Assembly (NCBI GenBank): GCA_964590575.1
Contig: CAZPWM010000019.1
Location: 1 to 41,130, forward strand
From: an uncultured archaeon
GTDB taxonomy: Archaea > Asgardarchaeota > Thorarchaeia > Thorarchaeales > Thorarchaeaceae
DNA length: 41,130 nt
Direction: 5' to 3'
Below the pieces are notes generated by a model. It did not search any database, had not been told where the DNA came from, and was given only the letters and a program-made list of their open reading frames with translations. A program made the position numbers and the translations under genes. This document shows, piece by piece, positions 17,478 through 25,262 of this stretch. The first letter of the stretch is position 1. The number at the start of each line of letters is the position of its first letter.

Positions 17478-18779
17478 GTGAGTATGGGTTTCAAATACTA
17501 CCTTGAAACATATGGCTGTTCATTAAATACAGCTGACTCTGACATCATTGTAGGTCGTCTTGAGGTTATTGATGGACAACGGGTAGGGAACATTGCCGAG
17601 GCTGAACTTATTTTACTGAATACCTGTGGTGTGAAGGAACCTACTGAGGATAAAATCGTACATCGTCTTGAAGAATTAGCTAAGGGAACCACTCCAGTCG
17701 TTGTAACTGGCTGTCTTCCAAAGATATCCATTGATCGAGTTGAGAACGCCATTCCTGGATTTGCTGCGTTGTTGGGACCTCAATCCATAGAAACCTTAGC
17801 TTCAATTGTTCCGCGTATTTTCCAAGGCGAGAAAGGGATTCGGCACATCGAATCAGATAATGCTTACAAACTGAAATGGCTTACGGGACCTCCCGATAGC
17901 GTGATATGTACCATTCCTATTTGCGAAGGTTGTCTTGGAAGTTGCGCTTATTGTGCTGTGAAATTTGCTCGGGGCAAGGTCAGAAGCTACTCTATCATGG
18001 ATCTCCACCAGATAATAGAGCGTTGTGTCCATCTCAGGTATCGCGAAATTCGGTTGACCTCGCAAGATGCTGCTGTGTATGGCAGTGACACTGGCGAAAC
18101 CCTTGCGAGTCTCTTGCAATCTATAAGTAGAATTGAGGGGCCACACAAATTCCGACTAGGAATGTTCAATGCAAACATAGTGATGAGTTCCATAAATGAT
18201 CTGTTAGAATCAATGGACAATGAGCACTTCTTCAAATTCTTCCACATCCCCCTCCAATCAGGCAGTGATAGGCTTCTAAAAACAATGAAACGCCGTTACA
18301 TTGTTAGTGAGTGGGAAACTTTGGTTAAGAGGGTCCGGAAACGATTCAAGAATGCAACGATTGCTACTGACATCATAGTTGGATTTCCCGGTGAAACTGA
18401 GTCAGACTTTGAGCAGACCCTAGAATTGATTCAACGAGTAAAGCCCGCTGTCACTAATATCTCAAAGTATGGAGATCGACCCAATACCCTTGCTTCCATG
18501 TCAAAAGAAAAAGTGGAAACTTCAAGAAAGAAGCAGCGAAGTAGAACTTTGACCAAGCTTGTTGATGAAATCCTTGTAGAGTCAAATGCAGCATGGGTTG
18601 GATGGTCTGGTCCAGTCATAATCACAGAAAAGGGCTCGAGAGGTGGCATGACTGGCCGTAACGAATCCTACAAGACCGTGATTGTTCATGAAGATTTAAG
18701 TCCAGGAACTATAGTCGATGTGGAGGTAACATCATCAGAGCGAACGCATCTGATTGGAGAGCTCAGATCCTTCTCTTGA
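17478..18779 (+). CDS. tRNA t6A37 methylthiotransferase (MtaB/MiaB-like radical SAM, TRAM domain)
   Basis: ETYGCSLN, NTCGVK, GCL, CLGSCAYC and TDIIVGFPGET motifs. Confidence 0.92.
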   Translation: MSMGFKYYLETYGCSLNTADSDIIVGRLEVIDGQRVGNIAEAELILLNTCGVKEPTEDKIVHRLEELAKGTTPVVVTGCLPKISIDRVENAIPGFAALLGPQSIETLASIVPRIFQGEKGIRHIESDNAYKLKWLTGPPDSVICTIPICEGCLGSCAYCAVKFARGKVRSYSIMDLHQIIERCVHLRYREIRLTSQDAAVYGSDTGETLASLLQSISRIEGPHKFRLGMFNANIVMSSINDLLESMDNEHFFKFFHIPLQSGSDRLLKTMKRRYIVSEWETLVKRVRKRFKNATIATDIIVGFPGETESDFEQTLELIQRVKPAVTNISKYGDRPNTLASMSKEKVETSRKKQRSRTLTKLVDEILVESNAAWVGWSGPVIITEKGSRGGMTGRNESYKTVIVHEDLSPGTIVDVEVTSSERTHLIGELRSFS

Positions 18780-19767
18780 TTTCGATGTCTATGACCTTTC
18801 CAGACTCAGCACTCTTTCTTGCAGCTTCAACAATCTCCAAAGCACAGAGAGCATCATCAATACTAACCTTCGGGGTCCCACCCGTCTTGATGCATCGCAA
18901 GAAATCATTGAGTACCTCTCGAACCGGTTCGCCATAGACCTTTATCGTGGCTCCTCTCTCTGGAAGGTTTATTGTGTCTCCTTTCTGCATAGGAGCTTGG
19001 TCCAAGTGCTGTACCTTGATTATCTGACCAAACAGGTCTAGCACCAACGCTCCTTTCGTGCCTGAAACGTCCATGGACCGTCGTCGTCCAGCATACTGTC
19101 TGGAGAGATGGAAAAAGTGTTCTGTTCCAGAATCAAACTTCACCATAACAGTTCCGCTGTTGTGAATACCACCTGCAATGTTACTTTGAGCATAGAGCTT
19201 TCCGGGTCCATTGCTGATTCTTGCCATGATATCAAAGTCATGGACTCCAATATCTTCGAAGACATCACCAAGTGATTGAATTCTCTCAGGTGCTACAAAT
19301 CCTCGTCTATCGTGAATCACAGTTCGAGGTGTTCCAATTGCGTCGGTTTCAATGAGAGATAGGGCTTTTCCAACAATAGGATTATAGATTTCCGAGTGAG
19401 AAATTAGGGTAACAATTCGTCGCTTTTTCACTATCTCCGCAACTTTCTTTCCATCCTCTAGTGTACTTGCCAGAGGCTTTTCAATCAGAATTCCTTTTAT
19501 CCCGTCATAGTTCGTGGCTATGGTATAGGCAATAGAGGCATGAGTGGAGGTGGGCGTGGCAATAACAACACCTTCTGGTTTTGTTTCATCAAGCATGTGC
19601 TCAAAATCAGTGAATGCTGTCGTGCCATGGTCCTTAGCCACACGCTCAACAGTGTCTTTATCCACGTCAGCCACACCTGCTAGGACTTCCATGTCACTAA
19701 GAATACGAGCGTGAATGCGACCCATGTTACCTGTTCCAACAATCACTATCTTTCGAGAAGACGTTAT
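18763..19767 (-). CDS. Gfo/Idh/MocA family oxidoreductase (start uncertain: ATA 19767 or GTG 19746)
   Basis: KIVIVGTGNMG Rossmann motif, IATPTSTH, IEKPLA, DIGVHDFD. Confidence 0.88.
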   Translation of the reverse strand: MTSSRKIVIVGTGNMGRIHARILSDMEVLAGVADVDKDTVERVAKDHGTTAFTDFEHMLDETKPEGVVIATPTSTHASIAYTIATNYDGIKGILIEKPLASTLEDGKKVAEIVKKRRIVTLISHSEIYNPIVGKALSLIETDAIGTPRTVIHDRRGFVAPERIQSLGDVFEDIGVHDFDIMARISNGPGKLYAQSNIAGGIHNSGTVMVKFDSGTEHFFHLSRQYAGRRRSMDVSGTKGALVLDLFGQIIKVQHLDQAPMQKGDTINLPERGATIKVYGEPVREVLNDFLRCIKTGGTPKVSIDDALCALEIVEAARKSAESGKVIDIEIKRRI

Positions 19768-19924
19768 CTATCACTCCTGTTGGGTTCAGACTGACGCGTT
19801 CTTCTTGACCTTTATACATTGCCATAGTTCTCCAGCTATATTGAGATTGCATGATTTTTACAGATTCATGTTGAAAAAGCGACACTCATTATCATGACGG
19901 TCTTATATTGACCTACCCATATCA

Positions 19925-20100
19925 ATGTATGAATCCAAGATTGATACAATCCTTCAGGGACTCACTAAAAAGATAATACACATCTTGGATCACTATGTCG
20001 CGCTGAGTCCCATTACACTTCAGAAGACAACTCCCTCCCTCGGACCCACCTCGCGCAAGCGGTGCGATTTGCCTCGTCGCACCCGGGGTGGGTCCTTTAA
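19925..20100 (+). ncRNA. Candidate structured ncRNA (possible pseudoknot plus GC-rich branched hairpin)
   Basis: Complementary blocks 19933-19941/19982-19990, 19957-19964/20004-20011, 20042-20053/20084-20095 and 20061-20068/20076-20083; G-U pairs favour the + strand. Confidence 0.45.
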
Positions 20101-20196
20101 CAAACTCGTTTTGAACAAAATCATTGGCCATCATTCTTAAGCGATGATGCTCAGATATCTACAAAATGACTGACAAACTGCAGAGGTTATTCTAAA

Positions 20197-20838
20197 GTGA
20201 ATGAGAATCGAAAACCAATGGTCGTGTTTGATACCTTCGGGCCTTACCTAGTTATTGGGCAGCCTACGTGTGTGAATTCTAAAGGTAAGGATATTGCACT
20301 GGCACCTGTTTCAGCATTATGCCGTTGTGGCGGGTCAGGAGACAAACCATTTTGCGATGGTACACACTCAAAAAATGGATTTGAGGGAATTAAAGATCCA
20401 GACCGACGTGAAGACAGGGTTGTTGAGTTCAAGGGTAAAGAGATTACAATTTACGACAATCGAGGAGTTTGTTCAGCTGATGGTGCCTGCGTGAGAGAAA
20501 GCCCAGAAGTCTTTCAGAAGGACAAGAAGCCACTGTGGATATTTCCGGATGAGGGAAGAGTGAGGAAGACCGTTGAAACAATCGAAAAGTGTCCATCTGG
20601 AGCCCTCAGTTATAGCCTTGGCACTCAAAGAATACAGGACCTAAACCGCAATCCCGGAATCAAGATTGCAAAAAATGGTCCATTGGAGTTTGTTGGTTGG
20701 ATTGAGCTCATCGATGATCAACGGTCAATGCCTGAGTCCAAAGAACACTACACACTATGTCGTTGCGGAGCATCAAAGAACAAACCATTCTGTGATAATA
20801 GTCACAAAAAAATAGACTTCAAGGATGATAAGAATTAG
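20197..20838 (+). CDS. CDGSH iron-sulfur domain protein (CDGSH - divergent 4Fe-4S - CDGSH)
   Basis: LCRCGGSGDKPFCDGTH and LCRCGASKNKPFCDNSH; central CSADGAC..CPSGAL. Confidence 0.92.
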   Translation: MNENRKPMVVFDTFGPYLVIGQPTCVNSKGKDIALAPVSALCRCGGSGDKPFCDGTHSKNGFEGIKDPDRREDRVVEFKGKEITIYDNRGVCSADGACVRESPEVFQKDKKPLWIFPDEGRVRKTVETIEKCPSGALSYSLGTQRIQDLNRNPGIKIAKNGPLEFVGWIELIDDQRSMPESKEHYTLCRCGASKNKPFCDNSHKKIDFKDDKN

Positions 20839-21062
20839 AACCCTGCTTAAAGTGAGATTTCTTCCGACTCAGGGCTTAGCGGCCGCTGTACACAAGTTCA
20901 TAAGCAAACTTTCTGAGAAACTTGTTGCAGGTACACGAAAAGCGAGCAGCGTTTTCTATCGTAGGAATTATCGAGAGTTCTTTTTCAAGCATCGTAAATT
21001 TCGTAGAAGGATACTACACTAGTTTTGACGACTTGCATATCGCATTTAGCGAGTGAATAACA

Positions 21063-21605
21063 ATGGGTTATGAAGAACGTGAGCCAATTGAGGCTACTGT
21101 GGCTGAATTAAAGCCACGAATGAAGAATGTCACCATTTCTTTCAAGGTGATCAGCATCGGTGAGCAGCGAGAGATCGAGTCCAGAAGGGACGGATCCTCA
21201 CACCGTGTTTGTGATATCACTGTTGGTGATTCTAGTGGAACTGTTCAGGTTCCTCTCTGGGACGAAACTATTGATAGCATAGACGAAGGTGCTACCTACA
21301 ATCTGACCAATGGATACACCGGACTCTTTCGAGGAAATCTACGATTAAATGTTGGTAGGTACGGCAAACTCGAGCAGGCTCAAGAAGCCATCGAAGAAGT
21401 CAACATGGATATCGATATGTCTGCTGAAGAGCACGAAGATGATAGACCCCGCAGGAGCTATGGTGGCGGCGGTGGCGGCCGAGGTGGCGGAGGCTACAGC
21501 GGTGGCCGAGGCGGCGGCGGTTATAGTGGTGGTCGCGGTGGTGGCGGTTACGGCGGCGGTGGAGACCGTCGTGGCGGTGGCGGCGACAGACGTCGTAGTT
21601 ACTAG
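21063..21605 (+). CDS. ssb: Single-stranded DNA-binding protein (single OB fold) with Gly/Arg/Tyr-rich tail
   Basis: VGDSSGTVQVPLWD and LRLNVGRYG OB-fold motifs; RGGGGYS repeats. Confidence 0.85.
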   Translation: MGYEEREPIEATVAELKPRMKNVTISFKVISIGEQREIESRRDGSSHRVCDITVGDSSGTVQVPLWDETIDSIDEGATYNLTNGYTGLFRGNLRLNVGRYGKLEQAQEAIEEVNMDIDMSAEEHEDDRPRRSYGGGGGGRGGGGYSGGRGGGGYSGGRGGGGYGGGGDRRGGGGDRRRSY

Positions 21606-21648
21606 ATTCGAAATTCAGAAATTATCTAAACCAGCAATAGCTGTTTGA

Positions 21649-21691
21649 TTGTGGGCAATTGATACTGATTGCTCACAAATCCTTATTTTTT
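21649..21691 (+). terminator. Hairpin plus T-tract terminator after ssb
   Basis: TTGTGGGCAATT / GATTGCTCACAA stem followed by CCTTATTTTTT. Confidence 0.6.
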
Positions 21692-21829
21692 AGTTCAATA
21701 TTAAAAACAGAAACTGACATCTTTATCGAGATTTGCAATTTCGATTTCACATGCATATGCTCTGATAGAGAAGCTTAAGAAAGTTAGACGTGTCTAATTC
21801 TATTGTATGTGTAAATAGAAAATCCAGAG

Positions 21830-22468
21830 GTGAAAACCATGGACATGAATCTCTTCTTTCGAATCTCATTTCTTAGCTTGTGGATTAGTATTGGCATTGT
21901 AAGGGGATACTATGGCAGAAAGACAAAGACGCATGATAGTATAGTTGGTATCTCTGAGAAGTTGAAGACAGCTAAGAATGAAGTGGGGCAGGGCTTGCTG
22001 ATTCTAACAGTAATAATCACTGTCATTGGAGTCATTGGTATCATTTTGTATCTACTATCCCCTCCATGGTGGACATGGACTCATCTTCCTCTTGGTGAAT
22101 ATATTCAGTGGGCAGGAATCGTTGTATCAATTATCCCAATCTTCTATTTGGTTTGGGTTCATCGGCACCTCGATAATCAGTGGTCAATAGCACTAGAGAT
22201 TCACGAAGAACATAAGCTGATCACAACAGGTCCATACAGGAGAGTCCGCCACCCAATGTATCTTGGTGTATTTGTCTATACAATTGGTTTATGTCTCATT
22301 TCCCTTGATATTCTAGTCATCCTGTTCTTTGTGTTTACAATCTGGATCAACTATAGAAGAATTCCCAGTGAGGAGCAGATGATGATTGACCAGTTTGGCG
22401 ATGAGTATCTCGAATACATGAAAAAGTCCGGCAGGCTCATACCATCATTTCGGTCTGATGAAGATTAA
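21830..22468 (+). CDS. Isoprenylcysteine carboxyl methyltransferase (ICMT/Ste14/PEMT) family membrane protein
   Basis: HKLITTGPYRRVRHPMYLG and EEQMMIDQFGDEYLEY motifs. Confidence 0.9.
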   Translation: MKTMDMNLFFRISFLSLWISIGIVRGYYGRKTKTHDSIVGISEKLKTAKNEVGQGLLILTVIITVIGVIGIILYLLSPPWWTWTHLPLGEYIQWAGIVVSIIPIFYLVWVHRHLDNQWSIALEIHEEHKLITTGPYRRVRHPMYLGVFVYTIGLCLISLDILVILFFVFTIWINYRRIPSEEQMMIDQFGDEYLEYMKKSGRLIPSFRSDED

Positions 22469-22486
22469 GCATTAACTAAGAAGAAG

Positions 22487-22508
22487 TGGTGCGGAGGGCG
22501 AGATTTGA
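22487..22508 (-). repeat. tRNA-Leu 3'-end direct repeat, copy 1 (TCAAATCTCGCCCTCCGCACCA on minus strand)
   Basis: Exact 22-nt match to 24521-24542. Confidence 0.97.
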
Positions 22509-22614
22509 TAAGGATGCAAGATTTAGATTGTGTTAATTGGAGGTCTAAGGAACTATTGCCGAATTCATTCTAGTCTTCGTCCTTTTAGTACTGTCTGCAG
22601 TCGTTGGAGTCTTT

Positions 22615-22902
22615 TTGGTAGATGCTCAAATGACAAAACCTTCTATCGAACAAAGTCAAAGAATCTTTTGGCAATCTCTGATTATCTTTTTCTTTGGGCT
22701 AATGGTATCTGTTACATGGTATTTACTCTGGATGAGTACTGCATTGAGTTTATCTGATTCTCTTGTTTTTTCTGGATGTACATTATTAGAGGCTATACTA
22801 ACCATTTTGATTGGATTAAGGCACTTGAGGAAATATAGAGAGTACGTTCGAGTGAATCTTGAGATTGAAGAAGGGCTATCTGATATAGTATCAGCTGAAT
22901 GA
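22615..22902 (+). CDS. Hypothetical 2-TM membrane protein (cassette cargo)
   Basis: Two hydrophobic segments; stop codon lies just before repeat copy 2. Confidence 0.6.
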   Translation: MVDAQMTKPSIEQSQRIFWQSLIIFFFGLMVSVTWYLLWMSTALSLSDSLVFSGCTLLEAILTILIGLRHLRKYREYVRVNLEIEEGLSDIVSAE

Positions 22903-22908
22903 GGAAGA

Positions 22909-22930
22909 TGGTGCGGAGGGCGAGATTTGA
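22909..22930 (-). repeat. tRNA-Leu 3'-end direct repeat, copy 2
   Basis: Exact 22-nt match. Confidence 0.97.
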
Positions 22931-22959
22931 TATGGGCGTTAAACGTCAGTTATCATTTG

Positions 22960-23415
22960 ATGACAGATCACAACTATTCTAACATCTGCAAAGAATGTGG
23001 TGGATACTGTTGCGCACAAGGAGGTTCTATTGCGACTAAGTTGGAAGTAGACCGGATAATTAAGGCTGGATATCAGAATAAGTTCATTGAAATTACGGAG
23101 AACTGCTATATTACAGATTTTGGAGAGGACCTGATATGTCCTTATCTCAAGGAATCCACCTGTAAAATCTATCCTGTACGCCCCTTGCTTTGTAAGAAAT
23201 ATCCTATTTTCTCAACAGATGGTGAAGAACATTATTTGATTCATTGTCCCTTGACTCAATACCTTTCAAAGGATGATCTAGCTCAATGTATTGAAGCTGC
23301 ATTAGAAGTCCCTGAAGAACTATTTACATGTGCCCAGAGATTTATGGCTCCTTTTGGCTCAAGAATTGATGAACGAATGCGCAAATTCAAAATGGAACGA
23401 ATTGAACTGAAGTAA
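22960..23415 (+). CDS. YkgJ family cysteine-cluster (Zn/Fe-S) protein (cassette cargo)
   Basis: CKECGGYCC...CPYL....CKIYPVRPLLCKKYP; ATG 22960 preferred because TTG 22927 lies inside the repeat. Confidence 0.88.
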   Translation: MTDHNYSNICKECGGYCCAQGGSIATKLEVDRIIKAGYQNKFIEITENCYITDFGEDLICPYLKESTCKIYPVRPLLCKKYPIFSTDGEEHYLIHCPLTQYLSKDDLAQCIEAALEVPEELFTCAQRFMAPFGSRIDERMRKFKMERIELK

Positions 23416-23418
23416 GAA

Positions 23419-23440
23419 TGGTGCGGAGGGCGAGATTTGA
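23419..23440 (-). repeat. tRNA-Leu 3'-end direct repeat, copy 3
   Basis: Exact 22-nt match. Confidence 0.97.
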
Positions 23441-23455
23441 TTCTCGTAATTTTAG

Positions 23456-23815
23456 CTAAAGCACATCAGATTCCCTTTTTCTCATCTTCCTACCTACAAA
23501 GACCAACCATGTAATGTAAGGAATCCAAAGTGTCATGCCTATGGTCAGGATTCCAATAACCGGTCCTATTAGGACAACTGAGTAAATATCTAGGAACGAA
23601 TACCACAACCATATCGTTAACACAATAATGGGTAGTAAACCATTTCGATACGTCTTCCAATGAAGCGCACCATGACATCTGTGTGAACAAGTTTCTCTAT
23701 TTTGTAGCCAAGAAACTTCAGCTTTTCCACACCACTTACACACACCCTCTGTTGCACTTTTTGAATCTCCATACTGACCATACCTCGGATATCTTCTATC
23801 TTCCTCCGATTCCAT
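23456..23815 (-). CDS. Hypothetical membrane protein with CxxC...CxxxC zinc-ribbon motif (cassette cargo)
   Basis: CKWCG...TCSHRC followed by two TM helices. Confidence 0.7.
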   Translation of the reverse strand: MESEEDRRYPRYGQYGDSKSATEGVCKWCGKAEVSWLQNRETCSHRCHGALHWKTYRNGLLPIIVLTIWLWYSFLDIYSVVLIGPVIGILTIGMTLWIPYITWLVFVGRKMRKRESDVL

Positions 23816-23893
23816 ATGTATGCGTTCCCCTAAACTAACGAGTCACAGAGAGCATCTGAATTATGTTACATATCAATCTAGTTGTAAAAGAAG

Positions 23894-23916
23894 TGGTGCG
23901 GAGGGCGAGATTTGAA
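23894..23916 (-). repeat. tRNA-Leu 3'-end direct repeat, copy 4 (23 nt, the full 3' exon)
   Basis: Exact match to 24521-24543. Confidence 0.97.
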
Positions 23917-23942
23917 GGGATAGTTTCAGGAAAGTTACTATT

Positions 23943-24446
23943 CTATCCGCAGTTTTGTACTGTAATATTGTAAATGAAACGAACCCTCAGATTCAACGGA
24001 AGGTCACCAATCTTGACAATGTCATGTGGATATGTTATTACAGCTGCAACCACACAGTCCTCTCCAGGATGTATTTCATCGACATAGACTGTGTAGTATG
24101 TAAGAGTCATAGTTATCCTTGTGATATTTGTTAAATATCCGCTTGAACCACATATGCCTTGAAACACTACAATGAGTAGTTCTGACGAGAAGTCTACATC
24201 TGGAACCTCGGGGATTTGGGTGTGTCCGCTATACGAATCTAGCCACAAAGTTTCCCATGTCAGTGAATCTCTAATGGCAAAGTTATCCCGGGCATAACCA
24301 CGGCCACCAAGGTGACCAATTCTCTCAAAGGGCACCTCAATACTCGGAAGAATTCCTAGATCAGGTTCTACAAATATGAAGAACGAGGCCGCTAAGACAA
24401 TACAGATTGTAGTACCTGTTAGAAGTTTAACTGGAACTTTTTTCAT
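23943..24446 (-). CDS. Membrane-anchored protein with PrcB C-terminal-like domain (cassette cargo)
   Basis: N-terminal TM; PDVDFSSELLIVVFQG..GSSGY...ITYPHDIVKI pattern; ATG 24446 with AGGTGG RBS. Confidence 0.75.
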   Translation of the reverse strand: MKKVPVKLLTGTTICIVLAASFFIFVEPDLGILPSIEVPFERIGHLGGRGYARDNFAIRDSLTWETLWLDSYSGHTQIPEVPDVDFSSELLIVVFQGICGSSGYLTNITRITMTLTYYTVYVDEIHPGEDCVVAAVITYPHDIVKIGDLPLNLRVRFIYNITVQNCG

Positions 24447-24520
24447 GAACACTGCCCCACCTTTGACGATCCATATAACTCCTGGAAACATATAGACCTA
24501 GTGAACAGGTAAGAAAGAGA

Positions 24521-24638
24521 TGGTGCGGAGGGCGAGATTTGAATTGTCGCTCCGAGTCGTAGTGGCTCGGAGTCTCGCGAACTCCTACGAGACTAGGCCC
24601 TCAACCTAGCGCCTTTAACCTGGCTGGGCAACCTCCGC
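24521..24638 (-). tRNA. tRNA-Leu(GAG) with 30-nt intron at position 53/54 (24544-24573), CCA encoded
   Basis: Anticodon arm CTAGG-TTGAGGG-CCTAG and long variable arm; removing the insert restores the GCGAG-TTCAAAT-CTCGC T-arm (88 nt mature). Confidence 0.92.
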
Positions 24639-24773
24639 AAATGTAAGAGTTCATCTCAAGAGGGTAATTCACAGTTCGTTTTGAAATCGGTGATAAGGAT
24701 TTCGCCTTGGATATTTTAGGATGTCTTATCTAGAATCAGACATAAGACAATACTAAGTTGGAAGAATCAAAAT

Positions 24774-24868
24774 CTCGCGAACTCCTACGAGAATGCCTCT
24801 TCGTGGCGAAATACCACGAAGTCTAGGCCCTCAACCTAGCGCCTTTAACCTGGCTGGGCAACCTCCGC
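24774..24868 (-). pseudogene. 5' part (nt 1-53) of a second tRNA-Leu(GAG), carrying a different 30-nt BHB intron at 43/44 (24793-24822)
   Basis: Exon sequence identical to 24574-24638 and ends exactly at the 53/54 junction; GCCT/AGGC central helix with AGA and ATT bulges. Confidence 0.88.
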
Positions 24869-25262
24869 ATATGAATGGATAAAGGCCAACACTCCGTATT
24901 CCAGGAAAGCGCTTCCGGAGCATTGTGTTATGGAGTTCATCGATTTCCGTAGAAGTTTGAATGATAAGGATTTCTGTTGCAAGAGATGTACCGTGCTGAA
25001 AAGAAGAGGGTTTATTCGGAACAGACGGAGTCACATCAAAGTGACAGACCAATCTGCTCTCATGTTTTGAACTACTCAATTATCTTGTAGTTCCAGCCAG
25101 CCACTCGAAAAGATTTGGCTGTGTTGCCCTATTTTGGGGCTTTGATTTATTGTCATTTTTCATTTATTTTCACCTATTAACTATAGATTATATTTCGATT
25201 TGCTTTATAACTATGGGAACCTGCACAAATTTTAGAGCACTTTCAAGACTAAAATTGAGAGA

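Noticed and set aside
19922-20140. Two opposing ORFs of about 70 aa
   Set aside because: No motifs; better explained by RNA secondary structure.
22487-24543. CRISPR array interpretation of the 22-bp repeats
   Set aside because: Intervals are 400-600 bp and contain genes, the repeat is a tRNA 3' end, and there are no cas genes in the window.
24722-24749. Inverted repeat TGTCTTAT/ATAAGACA between the two tRNA-Leu copies as a recombination site
   Set aside because: I found no equivalent at the other cassette ends, so a shared attC-like role is unsupported.
24831-25079. 82-aa ORF
   Set aside because: It runs into the tRNA-Leu 5' fragment and its promoter; likely spurious.
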